The position numbers and the translations under genes are program-made. 64,000 bases of DNA, taken from assembly GCA_038321985.1 (NCBI GenBank), contig JBBQFN010000003.1:32001-96000 (forward strand), in the 5' to 3' direction. The notes beneath the pieces are model-generated. The model was not told where the DNA came from. It saw nothing but the letters and a program-made list of their open reading frames with translations, and ran no database searches. This DNA is from Cyanophyceae cyanobacterium. GTDB lineage: Bacteria; Cyanobacteriota; Cyanobacteriia; Cyanobacteriales; Laspinemataceae. Positions within the stretch are counted from its first letter, which is position 1, and each line of letters begins with the position of its first letter. Shown here piece after piece: positions 30,401 through 40,887 of this stretch.

Positions 30401-31621
30401 TTGGCACTACGGGTTGCTGTTGTTGGATCTGGACCGGCTGGTTCCTCTGCTGCCGAAACGTTGGCAAAAGCAGGGATTGAAACCTACTTGTTTGAGCGCA
30501 AGCTAGATAATGCGAAGCCTTGTGGCGGGGCCATACCCCTTTGTATGGTGAGCGAGTTTGACCTTCCCGCTCACATTATCGATCGCCGGGTGAGAAAAAT
30601 GAAAATGATCTCCCCCTCGAATATCGAAGTCGATATCAATTTAGAAAAAGAAGATGAATATATTGGGATGTGCCGCCGGGAAATCCTAGATGGATTCCTG
30701 CGCGATCGCGCTGAAAAATTAGGCGCGAACCTGATTAACGGCACTGTTCACAAACTGGATATTCCCACAAACAATACGGATCCCTATATCCTCCACTATG
30801 CCGACCACTCGGAAGGCACCGTAGAAGGGGTCCAAAAAACCCTAAAAGTCGATATGGTCATTGGTGCAGACGGTGCGAACTCTCGCGTCGCCAAAGCCAT
30901 TGATGCCGGGGATTATAACTACGCGATCGCCTTCCAGGAGCGGATTCGTCTCCCGGAAGACAAAATGGCCTATTACAATGACCTAGCGGAAATGTATGTC
31001 GGGACCGACGTTTCCCCCGACTTCTATGCCTGGGTCTTCCCCAAATATGACCATGTTGCCGTCGGAACCGGCACGATGAAAGTCAACCAAGCTTTAATTA
31101 AAAAGCTGCAAGCTGGCATTCGCACCCGGGCTGCCAAACGGCTAGAAGGTGGCGAAATCATCAAAGTGGAAGCGCACCCGATTCCGGAACATCCACGTCC
31201 GCGTCGGGTTCTGGGTCGCGTCGCCCTCGTCGGGGATGCCGCAGGGACCGTCACCAAATCTTCTGGGGAAGGGATTTATTTTGCCGCCAAATCCGCTCGG
31301 ATGTGCGCCGAAACCATCGTTGAGTTTTCTGAAGGCGGAACCCGAGTTCCCACGGAAGAGGAACTTAAAATTTACCTGCAACGCTGGGATAAAAAATACG
31401 GCATCACCTATGCGGTACTAGATATCCTGCAACGAGTGTTCTACCGCACCGATGCCACTCGGGAAGCATTTGTGGAAATGTGTGCTGACATGGATGTTCA
31501 GCGCATGACTTTTGACAGCTATCTGTATAAAACAGTAGTTCCCGCCAATCCTTTTGTGCAGATGAAGATTACTGCAAAAACCATTGGGAGTTTGCTCCGG
31601 GGAAATGCCTTAGCACCCTAG
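30401..31621 (+). CDS. chlP: Geranylgeranyl diphosphate reductase
   Basis: VAVVGSGPAG, KPCGGAIPLCM, GDAAGTVTKSSGEGIYFA; TTG start with GGAGA RBS. Confidence 0.97.
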   Translation: MALRVAVVGSGPAGSSAAETLAKAGIETYLFERKLDNAKPCGGAIPLCMVSEFDLPAHIIDRRVRKMKMISPSNIEVDINLEKEDEYIGMCRREILDGFLRDRAEKLGANLINGTVHKLDIPTNNTDPYILHYADHSEGTVEGVQKTLKVDMVIGADGANSRVAKAIDAGDYNYAIAFQERIRLPEDKMAYYNDLAEMYVGTDVSPDFYAWVFPKYDHVAVGTGTMKVNQALIKKLQAGIRTRAAKRLEGGEIIKVEAHPIPEHPRPRRVLGRVALVGDAAGTVTKSSGEGIYFAAKSARMCAETIVEFSEGGTRVPTEEELKIYLQRWDKKYGITYAVLDILQRVFYRTDATREAFVEMCADMDVQRMTFDSYLYKTVVPANPFVQMKITAKTIGSLLRGNALAP

Positions 31622-31750
31622 AACCGCCAAAAACAGGATCCAGCTAGCTCTAAAGGCATCTGTCAACCGGATGGGATGAGTAGGGAAAACTGGATTCTGT
31701 TTGCAGTCCTTCGTTAGCTGATCGTGGCGATCGGCTCAATTCAAATAATT

Positions 31751-31800
31751 AGAAAGAGCGCTCTCCCTCGGCACAAAGCAGTTTGGGGGAGCGTTTTTCT
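31751..31800. terminator. Hairpin between convergent chlP and rpaA
   Basis: agaaagagcgctctccc ... gggggagcgtttttct. Confidence 0.5.
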
Positions 31801-31912
31801 ATTGAAGCGTTAAATCCCCATATAAACCGTAGTCCCATAAAAAAAGGGAGAACTCCCGGGAGTTTTAAAGCTGAAACTCCCAATCGTCTTCTTCCTGTCT
31901 TTATGGATGAGG

Positions 31913-32647
31913 TTATACCGCTTGGGGGCTTTCATTGGCCGGTGCAGTAGTGGGTAACTCTAAGCAATAACCCGCGCCATAGACTGTTTTAATGTAGCGA
32001 GGATGTCGCGGATCGGGTTCGAGCTTCGTCCTTAGATGTCTAACGTGAACCCGGATCGTTTCGATATCATCATCAGGGTCATATCCCCATACTTCTTTGA
32101 GAATTTCACTCGGAGAGACAGTTTGTCCGTGGCGTTGCAATAAGCAGTGCAACAGTTCAAACTCTAGGTGAGTTAGTTTGACCGTGCGATCAAACCAAAT
32201 GGCTTCAAAGCGTTCGGGGACGAGGGTCAGGGGTCCATAACTAAGAATCTCCGCGTGTTTGGCGGCCTGGGGAATGCGATCGGTCCGTCGCAACAAAGCT
32301 CTGACCCGGGCAAGCATTTCTTCGACTTCAAAAGGTTTAGTCAGGTAATCATCAGCACCGGCGTTGAAACCTTCGACCTTATCATGGGTTTGACCCAAAG
32401 CTGTCAGCATCAGGACGGGTATATCAGCAGTCCGCTCATCACGACGGAGGCGCTGACATACCGTGAATCCAGCCACCCGAGGCAGCATCAGATCGAGCAT
32501 GATTAAATCGGGGATCAGTTGCAAAGCAAGCGCTTGACCTTTGATGCCATCTTCGGCTTGGCTGACTTCATAGCCAGCCATCTCCAGATTGACGGCGACT
32601 AATTCTGAGATTGCAGGGTCATCGTCAATGACGAGTATCCGGGGCAT
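31913..32647 (-). CDS. rpaA: OmpR-family circadian output response regulator RpaA
   Basis: Signature [30 protein letters not shown] and [17 protein letters not shown]. Confidence 0.95.
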   Translation of the reverse strand: MPRILVIDDDPAISELVAVNLEMAGYEVSQAEDGIKGQALALQLIPDLIMLDLMLPRVAGFTVCQRLRRDERTADIPVLMLTALGQTHDKVEGFNAGADDYLTKPFEVEEMLARVRALLRRTDRIPQAAKHAEILSYGPLTLVPERFEAIWFDRTVKLTHLEFELLHCLLQRHGQTVSPSEILKEVWGYDPDDDIETIRVHVRHLRTKLEPDPRHPRYIKTVYGAGYCLELPTTAPANESPQAV

Positions 32648-32931
32648 GGTTCAAAATTTTGAAAGACTGGGTTAATTACGGTTCGTGAAGAACCATGTAG
32701 AGAATCGTAAAGATTCCTCTACAGATTATAAGCAACGATTCTAAAATCTTTCCAAAGAATTATTCGGGGATTGTAGCAACTTGTCTAGGGGGGAGGGTCC
32801 GCGATTGGATCCGGGGGAGAATTTCTGATCAAAAATGGTTAATTTTTAAAGGGTTCCATACATTCTGTTCCCTTCTCCCCCAGTCCTAAAGCTGCTCTGG
32901 GCTTTTGTTTTAACCCGACGGCTCCAGGGCC

Positions 32932-33570
32932 TCACTCCGGAGGATGTTCCGGGTGAAACCCGTGTAAATCCTCGGGGGTATTAAAATTTCTTAACATCCG
33001 GAACTCGGCTGTACCTACCTCCAGAGGAGTAGCACAAATCTCCGGTAGCCACATTTGAAACGATCGCCCCCCTTGATCCAAAAACTGCTGCAACGGTTCT
33101 AAAGCAAGTTTGCGGTAAAACCCACACATCGGATGCCAAAGGGTTCCCTGTTGCGGGACTAAGGCCAGACTTTCCGGGGGTACCGTGGGTAATTGAGACA
33201 CCCATTTTTGGACGATCGCCGAGTCGAGTAACGCTAAATCACAGGCTAAGAGCAATACCCACTCCGCCTCAATCTGACTTAACCCAGTCGCGAGGGCACC
33301 TAAAGGACCCCTTTTGTGTTCCGTCTCTTGGAGAGCCTGTACCCTGGCCCCCGAGAGGAGTTCGGGAGTCAGCATCGACTCATAGCGTTCCGGCCAAGGA
33401 GAGATCAGATAAACCTGGGCTGTGCAGTGGGAGGCCACTTCACAGGCGCGCTGGAGTAGGGTCTTGCCCTCCCAGACAATTTGGGCTTTATCTTGACCCA
33501 TACGAGAACTGCGGCCTCCAGCCAGAACGAGGCCAGCCACTTGGGAAGGGGATAGAATGAATTCGCTCAT
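32932..33570 (-). CDS. mobA: Molybdenum cofactor guanylyltransferase
   Basis: LAGGRSSRMGQDKA, GPLGA, LLACD, NFNTPED. Confidence 0.92.
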   Translation of the reverse strand: MSEFILSPSQVAGLVLAGGRSSRMGQDKAQIVWEGKTLLQRACEVASHCTAQVYLISPWPERYESMLTPELLSGARVQALQETEHKRGPLGALATGLSQIEAEWVLLLACDLALLDSAIVQKWVSQLPTVPPESLALVPQQGTLWHPMCGFYRKLALEPLQQFLDQGGRSFQMWLPEICATPLEVGTAEFRMLRNFNTPEDLHGFHPEHPPE

Positions 33571-33634
33571 AGTTGCTCCTATTTCCGGGCGATCGCCGAT
33601 TCTCGACCGGGTGGGTTGTACAAAATTTATAAAG

Positions 33635-34741
33635 CTAGTCCAGGGGCGATCGCGAATTCACCATTTGAGTGATTTCCTGGAGTTTAGCGGCAACTCGACC
33701 GCTACTAAACCCTTCCCGGGCTTGATGAATACCGCTGATCATATCCCCACAAACACCGCAGTGCCACAGATAAAAGCCAGCACTCCAGACTGCCGACTCC
33801 ATCAGTTCGCTGGGTTCACCCTGCAAAACGCCCTGCATTTGAGCGGAGAACGTTTCGGGTTGAAAGGGGACATTTTCCGGGGTAAATCCGTAGTCCCGAG
33901 GATGCAGGAGGATGCGGTGGAAGGGATTAGGACTCGGAAAATCCGACTCAGGGGCGGCAGCAGGTGGGGGGGATGGCTCTGCGGGATTGCTATAGCCGAT
34001 AATGGCGGTACGTTCCCGAGGTAAATCGCTACTGCCTTCTAACCCTTTGACCGTGGTGAAGCGCTGATCACCTCGTAACTCTAAAGCATCGCGAAACATT
34101 TGTTCCGTGGGGGGATGAACGAATCCTGCGACGAGATGGCGATCGCCATGATAGGGAGACCAAATCAGTTCTAAGGTGGCGATTGGGGGTCGTTTCCCGA
34201 GTTGATCCCGGTAGGCAACCAGACTCGCCGCCTCGGGAAACTGTTTAGGAATATAGATTAATCCCACTCCGGTTGCCTGCAAGATTGCTTGAACTTGGTT
34301 GAGGTCGAGCCCGCGCCAGTTGATTCCCAAAGCATCCCAAATTTCAATAAAAGGGATGCCATACTTGGTCGGCATTCGATCGCCCCCGTGGAGGAGCACA
34401 GGTTGACCGCAACTGGCGAGGAGAAGTGCACTCAGGACGGTTACCGGGGCTGTGCGCGATCGCCCATCGTAGGGACATCCCCACACCATGACAGGTTTCG
34501 ACGCGGGGATCGGTCCGATCTGTGGGCCGATTTCGTCGTAGGCATCCAGCATCCCCGCCAATTCTTCCCCCGTCGGACGCTTGATCCGGTGAGCAATCAA
34601 AAATGCCCCAATTTGTGCTGGAGTCGCTTCACCCCATAGCATCATCCGCATGGCATCGGCTGCTTCTGCACGGGAGAGGTTCTGGCTCGTGTGGGGACCA
34701 CTGCCGACTTTCTTTACAAATTCTCTGAACGCTGTAGTCAT
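33635..34741 (-). CDS. cnaT: Anthranilate phosphoribosyltransferase-like protein (CnaT)
   Basis: ATPAQIGAFLIAHRIK, YDGRSRT, RDQLGKRPP, FVHPPTE, KGLEGS; directly downstream of ntcB, as in Anabaena. Confidence 0.75.
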   Translation of the reverse strand: MTTAFREFVKKVGSGPHTSQNLSRAEAADAMRMMLWGEATPAQIGAFLIAHRIKRPTGEELAGMLDAYDEIGPQIGPIPASKPVMVWGCPYDGRSRTAPVTVLSALLLASCGQPVLLHGGDRMPTKYGIPFIEIWDALGINWRGLDLNQVQAILQATGVGLIYIPKQFPEAASLVAYRDQLGKRPPIATLELIWSPYHGDRHLVAGFVHPPTEQMFRDALELRGDQRFTTVKGLEGSSDLPRERTAIIGYSNPAEPSPPPAAAPESDFPSPNPFHRILLHPRDYGFTPENVPFQPETFSAQMQGVLQGEPSELMESAVWSAGFYLWHCGVCGDMISGIHQAREGFSSGRVAAKLQEITQMVNSRSPLD

Positions 34742-34783
34742 GAGTGAGAGGGGGAGAGAGGAATGGATGAGGAGATCCGGTCA

Positions 34784-35761
34784 TTAACCCGGTGCAACCT
34801 TGATCGGCAAAAAGTCATGGACGAGTTGCCAAAAGTGTTGGATGGGTGGAATTTGCAGGCGATCGCTCGTCGTGACAATCACAACTTGACGATTCCAACA
34901 AGAACCCCCTGCCAATGTAGGGTAAATACCGTTCAATGAGGAGGGGGGGGAAGGGCAATCTAGGTGATCCGCAGGGGGTAGAGAGCGAATGGCAACTTTC
35001 GGGTCACAACGGGCTTCGACTAATGCCGATTCCGGTAACAGCGCCACCATGTCCCCCTCCTGCACCACCCCCCGAAAGGCATCGGGAGTATTTAACTCCA
35101 ACACCGCCCGTAAGGTCAGGTTGTATTTTGCAAAAATATCTTGTACCAACCGCTGCATTCCATAGCCATCTTTAAAGACAACTTGAGGATAACGCGCTAA
35201 TTCTTTCCAGGGTACCGGGTCATATTGAGCGAGGGGATGGTTGGCAGCCATTAACACTTGAATGGACTCATTGTAGAGAACATCAACCACCATTTCTGCA
35301 CTAGAGGTTAATAGTCGGTTATTCATGACGATCGCCACATCAACTAAACCATCTTTGAGGACTTTTAAAGCGCGATCGCTTCCTAACGCCGTCACCCGCA
35401 ATTGCACCTCCGGATATTGCCGACAAAATCTCCGCAAAATTGGGGGTAAATAATAGGCACAAACCGAGTGAATTGCAGCGACACAGAGTTCCGGCTGTTT
35501 CCCTTCTAATAAACTGGTAATTTCCTCTCGTGCTGTTTGCCATTCCTGACAAATTTTGCGGGCATGGGGGAAAAATCGCTCTCCGGCCAGGGTTAATTTT
35601 GCCTGTGCACTGCGATGAAATAACTGTAAGCCCAGTTCTGCTTCGAGAGATTGAATTTGACGGCTAATTGTGGATTGGGTGACGCCACACCGACGGGCCG
35701 CTTGCTGGAAGCTACCCGTATCAGCAATTGCCATAAAAGCTTGTAACTGCTCTAGGCGCAT
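34784..35761 (-). CDS. ntcB: LysR-family nitrate-assimilation activator NtcB
   Basis: MRLEQLQAF..GSFQQAA..CGVTQSTISRQIQ.LE; LGSDRALKVLKDG; NtcA promoter upstream; cnaT and mobA downstream. Confidence 0.88.
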   Translation of the reverse strand: MRLEQLQAFMAIADTGSFQQAARRCGVTQSTISRQIQSLEAELGLQLFHRSAQAKLTLAGERFFPHARKICQEWQTAREEITSLLEGKQPELCVAAIHSVCAYYLPPILRRFCRQYPEVQLRVTALGSDRALKVLKDGLVDVAIVMNNRLLTSSAEMVVDVLYNESIQVLMAANHPLAQYDPVPWKELARYPQVVFKDGYGMQRLVQDIFAKYNLTLRAVLELNTPDAFRGVVQEGDMVALLPESALVEARCDPKVAIRSLPPADHLDCPSPPSSLNGIYPTLAGGSCWNRQVVIVTTSDRLQIPPIQHFWQLVHDFLPIKVAPG

Positions 35762-35797
35762 ATATGGAGAGAGAGATAAGATTTTTCCACATTCTTT

Positions 35798-35839
35798 AGA
35801 TTACCGGAAAAATAACCCCTTTTTCGTACAAATTGATAC
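35798..35839 (-). promoter_or_regulatory. Canonical NtcA-activated promoter of ntcB
   Basis: Minus strand reads GTA-TCAATTTG-TAC (35839-35826), exactly 22 nt, then TAATCT (35803-35798), matching GTAN8TAC-N22-TAN3T. Confidence 0.88.
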
Positions 35840-36014
35840 CGGCTTTTCACCAATTTTCTGTATCCTCTGTCTATCTTATAATCAATTTCATCGGAGGGAG
35901 ACGGGTTTAAAAACCCCTCAAACTAACTCCTGTTGGTTCATCGGGCCCCCTTTACCCCGAAAGGACTAGGGCGGGGTCCATCAAATATTAAACCCAGACG
36001 GGTCAAACGAAATA

Positions 36015-36042
36015 TAGAGACTCGAAATTTCGAGTCTCTACA
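36015..36042. repeat. Perfect REP-like palindrome TAGAGACTCGAAATTTCGAGTCTCTA(CA)
   Basis: 26-nt perfect palindrome resembling the cyanobacterial GTAGAGAC...GTCTCTAC REP family. Confidence 0.7.
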
Positions 36043-36252
36043 TCCCCCGGAGGGACCTCCCTCTAACCCTCCCCTACCTGTAACGGCCCCTAGGAGGGGA
36101 AAGAGATATCAGGAATAAATGTCTTGGCACAGGAGGGAGAATCATCCACTTTTTTTAGGGTTCGAGGGTACCGGATCTCTAAAAGTTAGGTTGTCTATCG
36201 GCAAAAAAGTTTCATACCCGATCCGGCGTTTACAGCCTAGGCTGAGGAAGTT

Positions 36253-37977
36253 TTAAAACGTAAATGTGGTCCGAAATGTTCCGATAAAAACATCACTATT
36301 GTCATTATTTTGGTTAGGAGCCGTTAACCAAATTAAACCCGGAGTCAGGGAAATATTTGGAGTAATTTGATACTTGTAAAGTCCTTCAATATGAAAAGGA
36401 GTGTCTTTAGAAAAATCTGGATTTCCTGGCACTTCAAGATTCGTTAGATAGGGTTCAGCACCAACAATTAAGCTAGCAAAAGAACCAGGAGTTCCTAAAT
36501 CTGGCACAACCACTGTAGCCGCATAATTCCAGATATCAGCATCCCCTAATCCAATCAGTCTGGCACTGGTTTTAGCAACCCAACCGCCGATAATTAAATT
36601 AGGAGTAATTCGCAGGGAAGTATTGACACTGTAGGAGTTACTAACGACGGGAGTTGATCCCAAACCCGGACTGAGGGGATTGAGTGCTGCGGGGGAAAGA
36701 TTCCCTAAATTTGTGCCCGTTCCAGCGAACCCAAACCGGGGAGCAGAGGTGCCTTCATACGCATGAACGTAGGTTAAACCCACCTGAAAGCGACTGCCAA
36801 AAACAACCTGTCCGAGGGCGGAGTAGTTACCATCAAATAAACCGGCTCCAGATAGGGGCGTTTTGGCTTCGCTGGCTAAGTAACCGGCGTTAATTTCTAA
36901 ATTATTACCTAGATTATATTTGACTCCCACTCCAGAACCGCCCAGGGTAAAGCGATAAATTGGATTGCGTTCGGCAAAGCGGGACAATGCACCCGTTGCA
37001 CCGCCACCGGATTCTAAGAAGGGGTTGAGGGTATTGGCATAAAATTGATGGCCTCCGGCATTGGCGAAAATCCGGACGCTTAACTTGTCGCCAACGGGAA
37101 AGAAATAGTGCAATCGGTTAAGGGTGACGGTGTTGTTGGCAGCACCATCAAAGGCATAGCGCCCTTCATTGGTCCCTAAAACCGGCTGGAAGGAGGGGCC
37201 TATATTGCCCATTTCCAGGCGAGTGAATAGGTTATCTCGACCTGTAAAACTGGTGACAAAGTTAAGGCGAACGCGATTACTAAAGACGGTTTCGGGGTCG
37301 AGATCTTCTGTAAAGGCGTCAGCAAGGATGAAAGCGGCTTCACCGGCTAGTTTAGTGGTGGGTGAGAATTGATTGGCTTCAATTTCAGCGGTTCGGAGTT
37401 CGAGGTCGTCTACACGACCCCGGAGGGTGGCGAGTTCTGCCGCAAATTCTTCGCTTAAGCGGGTGAGTGCGCTCAAATCTTCGGTACTTAAGTCAAGTTC
37501 ACTGATGCGATCGGTGAGGACTTGGAGACAGGCGTTTAAACTGGTGGCAAATTCATATCGGGTCATCGCCCGATTCCCTCGATAGGTTCCATCGCTGTAT
37601 CCCAAGAGGCACTCGTAGCGGGAGGCTAAATTTTGGAGGGCTTGAAAAGCCCAGTCCGTGGGACTGACGTCTGCTAGTTCGGAGACAGAGTTCACCTGCT
37701 CTAAAGGACCCAGTTCCAGATCGGTTTGGGAATAAAGGTTGAGTTGTTGGAAAATCTGTGCCGATTTATCCCCGGTGGGGTCAAGTGGCTGTGGGGCGAT
37801 CGCGTTGAATTCCAGGTGGGGTTCAATGGCGACAGGTTCGCTCAATTGGGGGGTGGGAAGATTGAGGGGGGCTGGTTGACCCGCAACAGTCTGGATGCCG
37901 AGTAAATTGAACCCGAGAAGATTGAATCCAAGCAGGAGGGGGGTGCTTCGGATGAAGATACACGAAATTTGAGACAT
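36253..37977 (-). CDS. Cyanobacterial outer-membrane porin (SLH + OprB-like barrel, SomA/iron-uptake-porin family)
   Basis: DVSPTDWAFQALQNL..RY, RAMTRYEFA, coiled coil, FSPTTKL.GE, C-terminal GTFRTTFTF. Confidence 0.92.
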   Translation of the reverse strand: MSQISCIFIRSTPLLLGFNLLGFNLLGIQTVAGQPAPLNLPTPQLSEPVAIEPHLEFNAIAPQPLDPTGDKSAQIFQQLNLYSQTDLELGPLEQVNSVSELADVSPTDWAFQALQNLASRYECLLGYSDGTYRGNRAMTRYEFATSLNACLQVLTDRISELDLSTEDLSALTRLSEEFAAELATLRGRVDDLELRTAEIEANQFSPTTKLAGEAAFILADAFTEDLDPETVFSNRVRLNFVTSFTGRDNLFTRLEMGNIGPSFQPVLGTNEGRYAFDGAANNTVTLNRLHYFFPVGDKLSVRIFANAGGHQFYANTLNPFLESGGGATGALSRFAERNPIYRFTLGGSGVGVKYNLGNNLEINAGYLASEAKTPLSGAGLFDGNYSALGQVVFGSRFQVGLTYVHAYEGTSAPRFGFAGTGTNLGNLSPAALNPLSPGLGSTPVVSNSYSVNTSLRITPNLIIGGWVAKTSARLIGLGDADIWNYAATVVVPDLGTPGSFASLIVGAEPYLTNLEVPGNPDFSKDTPFHIEGLYKYQITPNISLTPGLIWLTAPNQNNDNSDVFIGTFRTTFTF

Positions 37978-38305
37978 TATGGGTTGCAGATCTTCGGTGA
38001 ATTTAAGAACAAATGCAAGGAACCAACCCGATCAGATTTGGTTTTTTATCTAATCGCGGCTTTGTTAACTGCATCTTAATGACTCCATAAATCTCACCCT
38101 TAAGCGGTGCTTTTTGTAGCGATCGCTGCAAAAAACCGGGGCTTATGCGTAATTCCCCTAAAGCAAATGCAAAATTTACATAAAAAAATCCCGGGAAAAG
38201 AGGCGAAAAAATCCGGGTTACTCCCCCGGGAATTCCCTTACTCAGAGGGTTACAGGGATTATGAATCAAGCGGATTCCCAGGCGATCGCAGCTTGTCAGA
38301 ATTCC

Positions 38306-39688
38306 CTAACTTTTTACCCATTCTTCCAGGGCGATCGCCACCCCTTGTTGGAGAGAGGGACTGGCGGTAGGCTCACTGCACAGGTGCAGCAGTTGGGGAT
38401 ATGCTTCCTCTGGAGCGATTTGTTTCAATGCAGCGATCGCGTGTAACCGGACTCCTACCTCGGGGGTAGCTAAGAGTTCAATCAAGGGATTGATGCCAGT
38501 TTTTTGGCCCAGATAACCCAGCGCCGTGGCGACTGCTTGTTCAATCCGCGTCGAGTTTCCCCCAACTCCGGTTGGCTTTCTTCTTAACAGTTCAATCAGT
38601 ATCTGCGCCGCTTTTGGCTTTAACTCAGGTGCTTCGATCCGTCCGAGTACAGAAATAATTTCTGCGATCGCCTCGGAACCTGACCCATTCTTTTGTCTGA
38701 AAAGGAGGGCTTTTTCTAAATATTCCAATGCGTCGGGAGTTCCCATCCAAGCTAAGGCACGAATGGCGTTGATTTGTAAGGTTGGAGGGGTAGCTGGGGA
38801 GTCGAGAATTTCATCCAGACAGGCTGCGGCTTTCGGCGTCGCTACCCGTCCCAAGGAAATCGCCGCCTGATGGGTGACGCTAGGGTTAAAGTCCCACAAG
38901 CGCTCCCGTAGGAGGTCCTCTATCTCGGCCGCGATCGCCCTGTAGATTCCATGAGTGTCATTTTTGTACGAGGGGCGCATGACGCACAATCCTAGGCCGA
39001 TGGTGGCTTCCCGGCGGACGGAGGCATGGAAATCATGGATGGAGTCTACGAGGACTTGGGGGATGCGGGGGTCATCATAGCTATTGAGTGCGGCGATCGC
39101 CTCGGCACGCACTTGGGGGTCGCGATCACCCACTACACTCAAGAGGGGGCCAATAATGTGGGGATTATGGATTTTCCCCAGGGAACGCACGGCTAATCCC
39201 CGAGAGGCGGAATCGCCTAACTGTTGAGTCAAAGCGGCGATCGCGGATTCTCCGATTTGAGCTAAAGCACGGGCTGCCATTTCGCTGAGTTCTTGCTCTT
39301 CTTGGTTATTAAGCAATTCCATCAGTGCGGCGATCGCCGAGGGGGTATTAAACTCAGCCAGGATTCGACCGGCAAACCATCGCAATTCTACATCGGCGTC
39401 AGTATCGGCCAGAACTTCTAACATGGGGGCGATCGCCTCCGTTCCCAGACGGGGAAATACTTTAGCGACTTCCCAGCGTTGTTGAAAATCACCACCTTCC
39501 AAGACCTCTAAAGCTAAACCGATTATAGAGGAGGTATTGAGCTGCTCCGTTGAGGTGGGTAAAGACTCGACTTTAGGTGTCCCTGGGGTTGAGGCTAGTT
39601 TTTCCAAACACTGGGTCACCAATTGCCAATCTTCTTGTCGTGCAGCTTCGTTAGCTTGTTCTAACAAATTAGAAAGTGTTTGGGGCAT
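38306..39688 (-). CDS. nirB: HEAT-repeat (PBS lyase-like) protein, NirB-like
   Basis: Repeated VR..A..ALG HEAT units and GDFQQRWEVAK; lies upstream of ntcB-cnaT, as nirB does in Anabaena. Confidence 0.65.
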   Translation of the reverse strand: MPQTLSNLLEQANEAARQEDWQLVTQCLEKLASTPGTPKVESLPTSTEQLNTSSIIGLALEVLEGGDFQQRWEVAKVFPRLGTEAIAPMLEVLADTDADVELRWFAGRILAEFNTPSAIAALMELLNNQEEQELSEMAARALAQIGESAIAALTQQLGDSASRGLAVRSLGKIHNPHIIGPLLSVVGDRDPQVRAEAIAALNSYDDPRIPQVLVDSIHDFHASVRREATIGLGLCVMRPSYKNDTHGIYRAIAAEIEDLLRERLWDFNPSVTHQAAISLGRVATPKAAACLDEILDSPATPPTLQINAIRALAWMGTPDALEYLEKALLFRQKNGSGSEAIAEIISVLGRIEAPELKPKAAQILIELLRRKPTGVGGNSTRIEQAVATALGYLGQKTGINPLIELLATPEVGVRLHAIAALKQIAPEEAYPQLLHLCSEPTASPSLQQGVAIALEEWVKS

Positions 39689-39870
39689 ATTTGAGGGGTA
39701 GATTTTTAATGGGGCTGGGTGCAAGGCTTACCAAAGTCAAAATGCTTCCAGTCTGACTTTTATCCTTTTCAATTTATCCTCGGTTTGCCGGTATGTGCTA
39801 CTAATTTTTGGCAATTTGATACCTAAATCGAATCTTTCTCATCCGTAAATCGCATTAGGGCCTAGCTTTG

Positions 39871-39884
39871 GTATCTAATTTTAC
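39871..39884. promoter_or_regulatory. Possible NtcA box upstream of the nirB-like gene
   Basis: GTA-TCTAATTT-TAC about 180 nt upstream of the ATG; no canonically spaced -10 box. Confidence 0.45.
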
Positions 39885-40887
39885 CAAGTTTGACCAAGAT
39901 ATTTAAGTCCCTTCCGCAAGGCGGAAGATTAAAATCTAGGATGGGTGACATTAACCCCCCAGAATTTACAGAAAGCCTGCTCTAAGTTCCTACATCTCCC
40001 AAAGCTAAACAGCGCTTTCAATCGGTAGGTTTATGTTTTGCTTAAGATGAGATTAAGTTTCAAAATAGTATCCAAAGCGGCTTTTTAATCCCTTAAAAGA
40101 TGATAAAAATCTGCTTTCCTCTCCTACCTAACAATTGCAGTCGCTTCATCGCTCAAAAAGTGTACCGGGAGAACTCACACTTAGGGTCACTTTTTGAGGA
40201 GTAAAAGTTACGGGTATTTTAAAGGGTAAACATTGCATCAAGCCTGGACATCAGCTCGTCTTAATCCTTCGGGCCTTACAATGGAGGAGGGGGAACATCT
40301 TACTCCCGAGTGCAGTAAGGAAGCAAGATGCTCTCCCTTGTAAAAGAATTATCTAATTCATTTAAATTTGCTACATAAGATAACGGATAAAACTAACCGG
40401 GAACAATCCTATTACATCTCACTAAAAAAAGGAGAAATACTACAATCACCCTAGGGAGGTATAAATATTGGGGTTCACGGGAGCGTAAGATATTCACGTA
40501 ACCCGTTTAATATACTGAAAATAAAATTGGTAAATCATCTAAAATTTATTGCCTGGAGTTTGTTAGATTGTCCCTATTGTGCTAGAGATAAATCTTTTTC
40601 GGCTGCTATCCCTCTTCTGTCCCACGGATAATTTATGAATTAAAGCAATAATTAAGTAATAGTAGCAGTTATCCCCTGAGTTCGGAAAACGCTACAGTAG
40701 CGCAGCCTAGGAATTAAGGAATGAAATAAACCCAGGGTAGATAAGACTGGGTTAAAATGAGTAAAAAAATTATTTAAAGGGTAGTATAGTCTAATCTCTC
40801 TAACTCAATAAACGAAACTAGATTATTTTTATAACTCCTTAAGCACTAGAAAATTAAAGGCTAGAAAATAAAGTGTCTACTCTTTGA

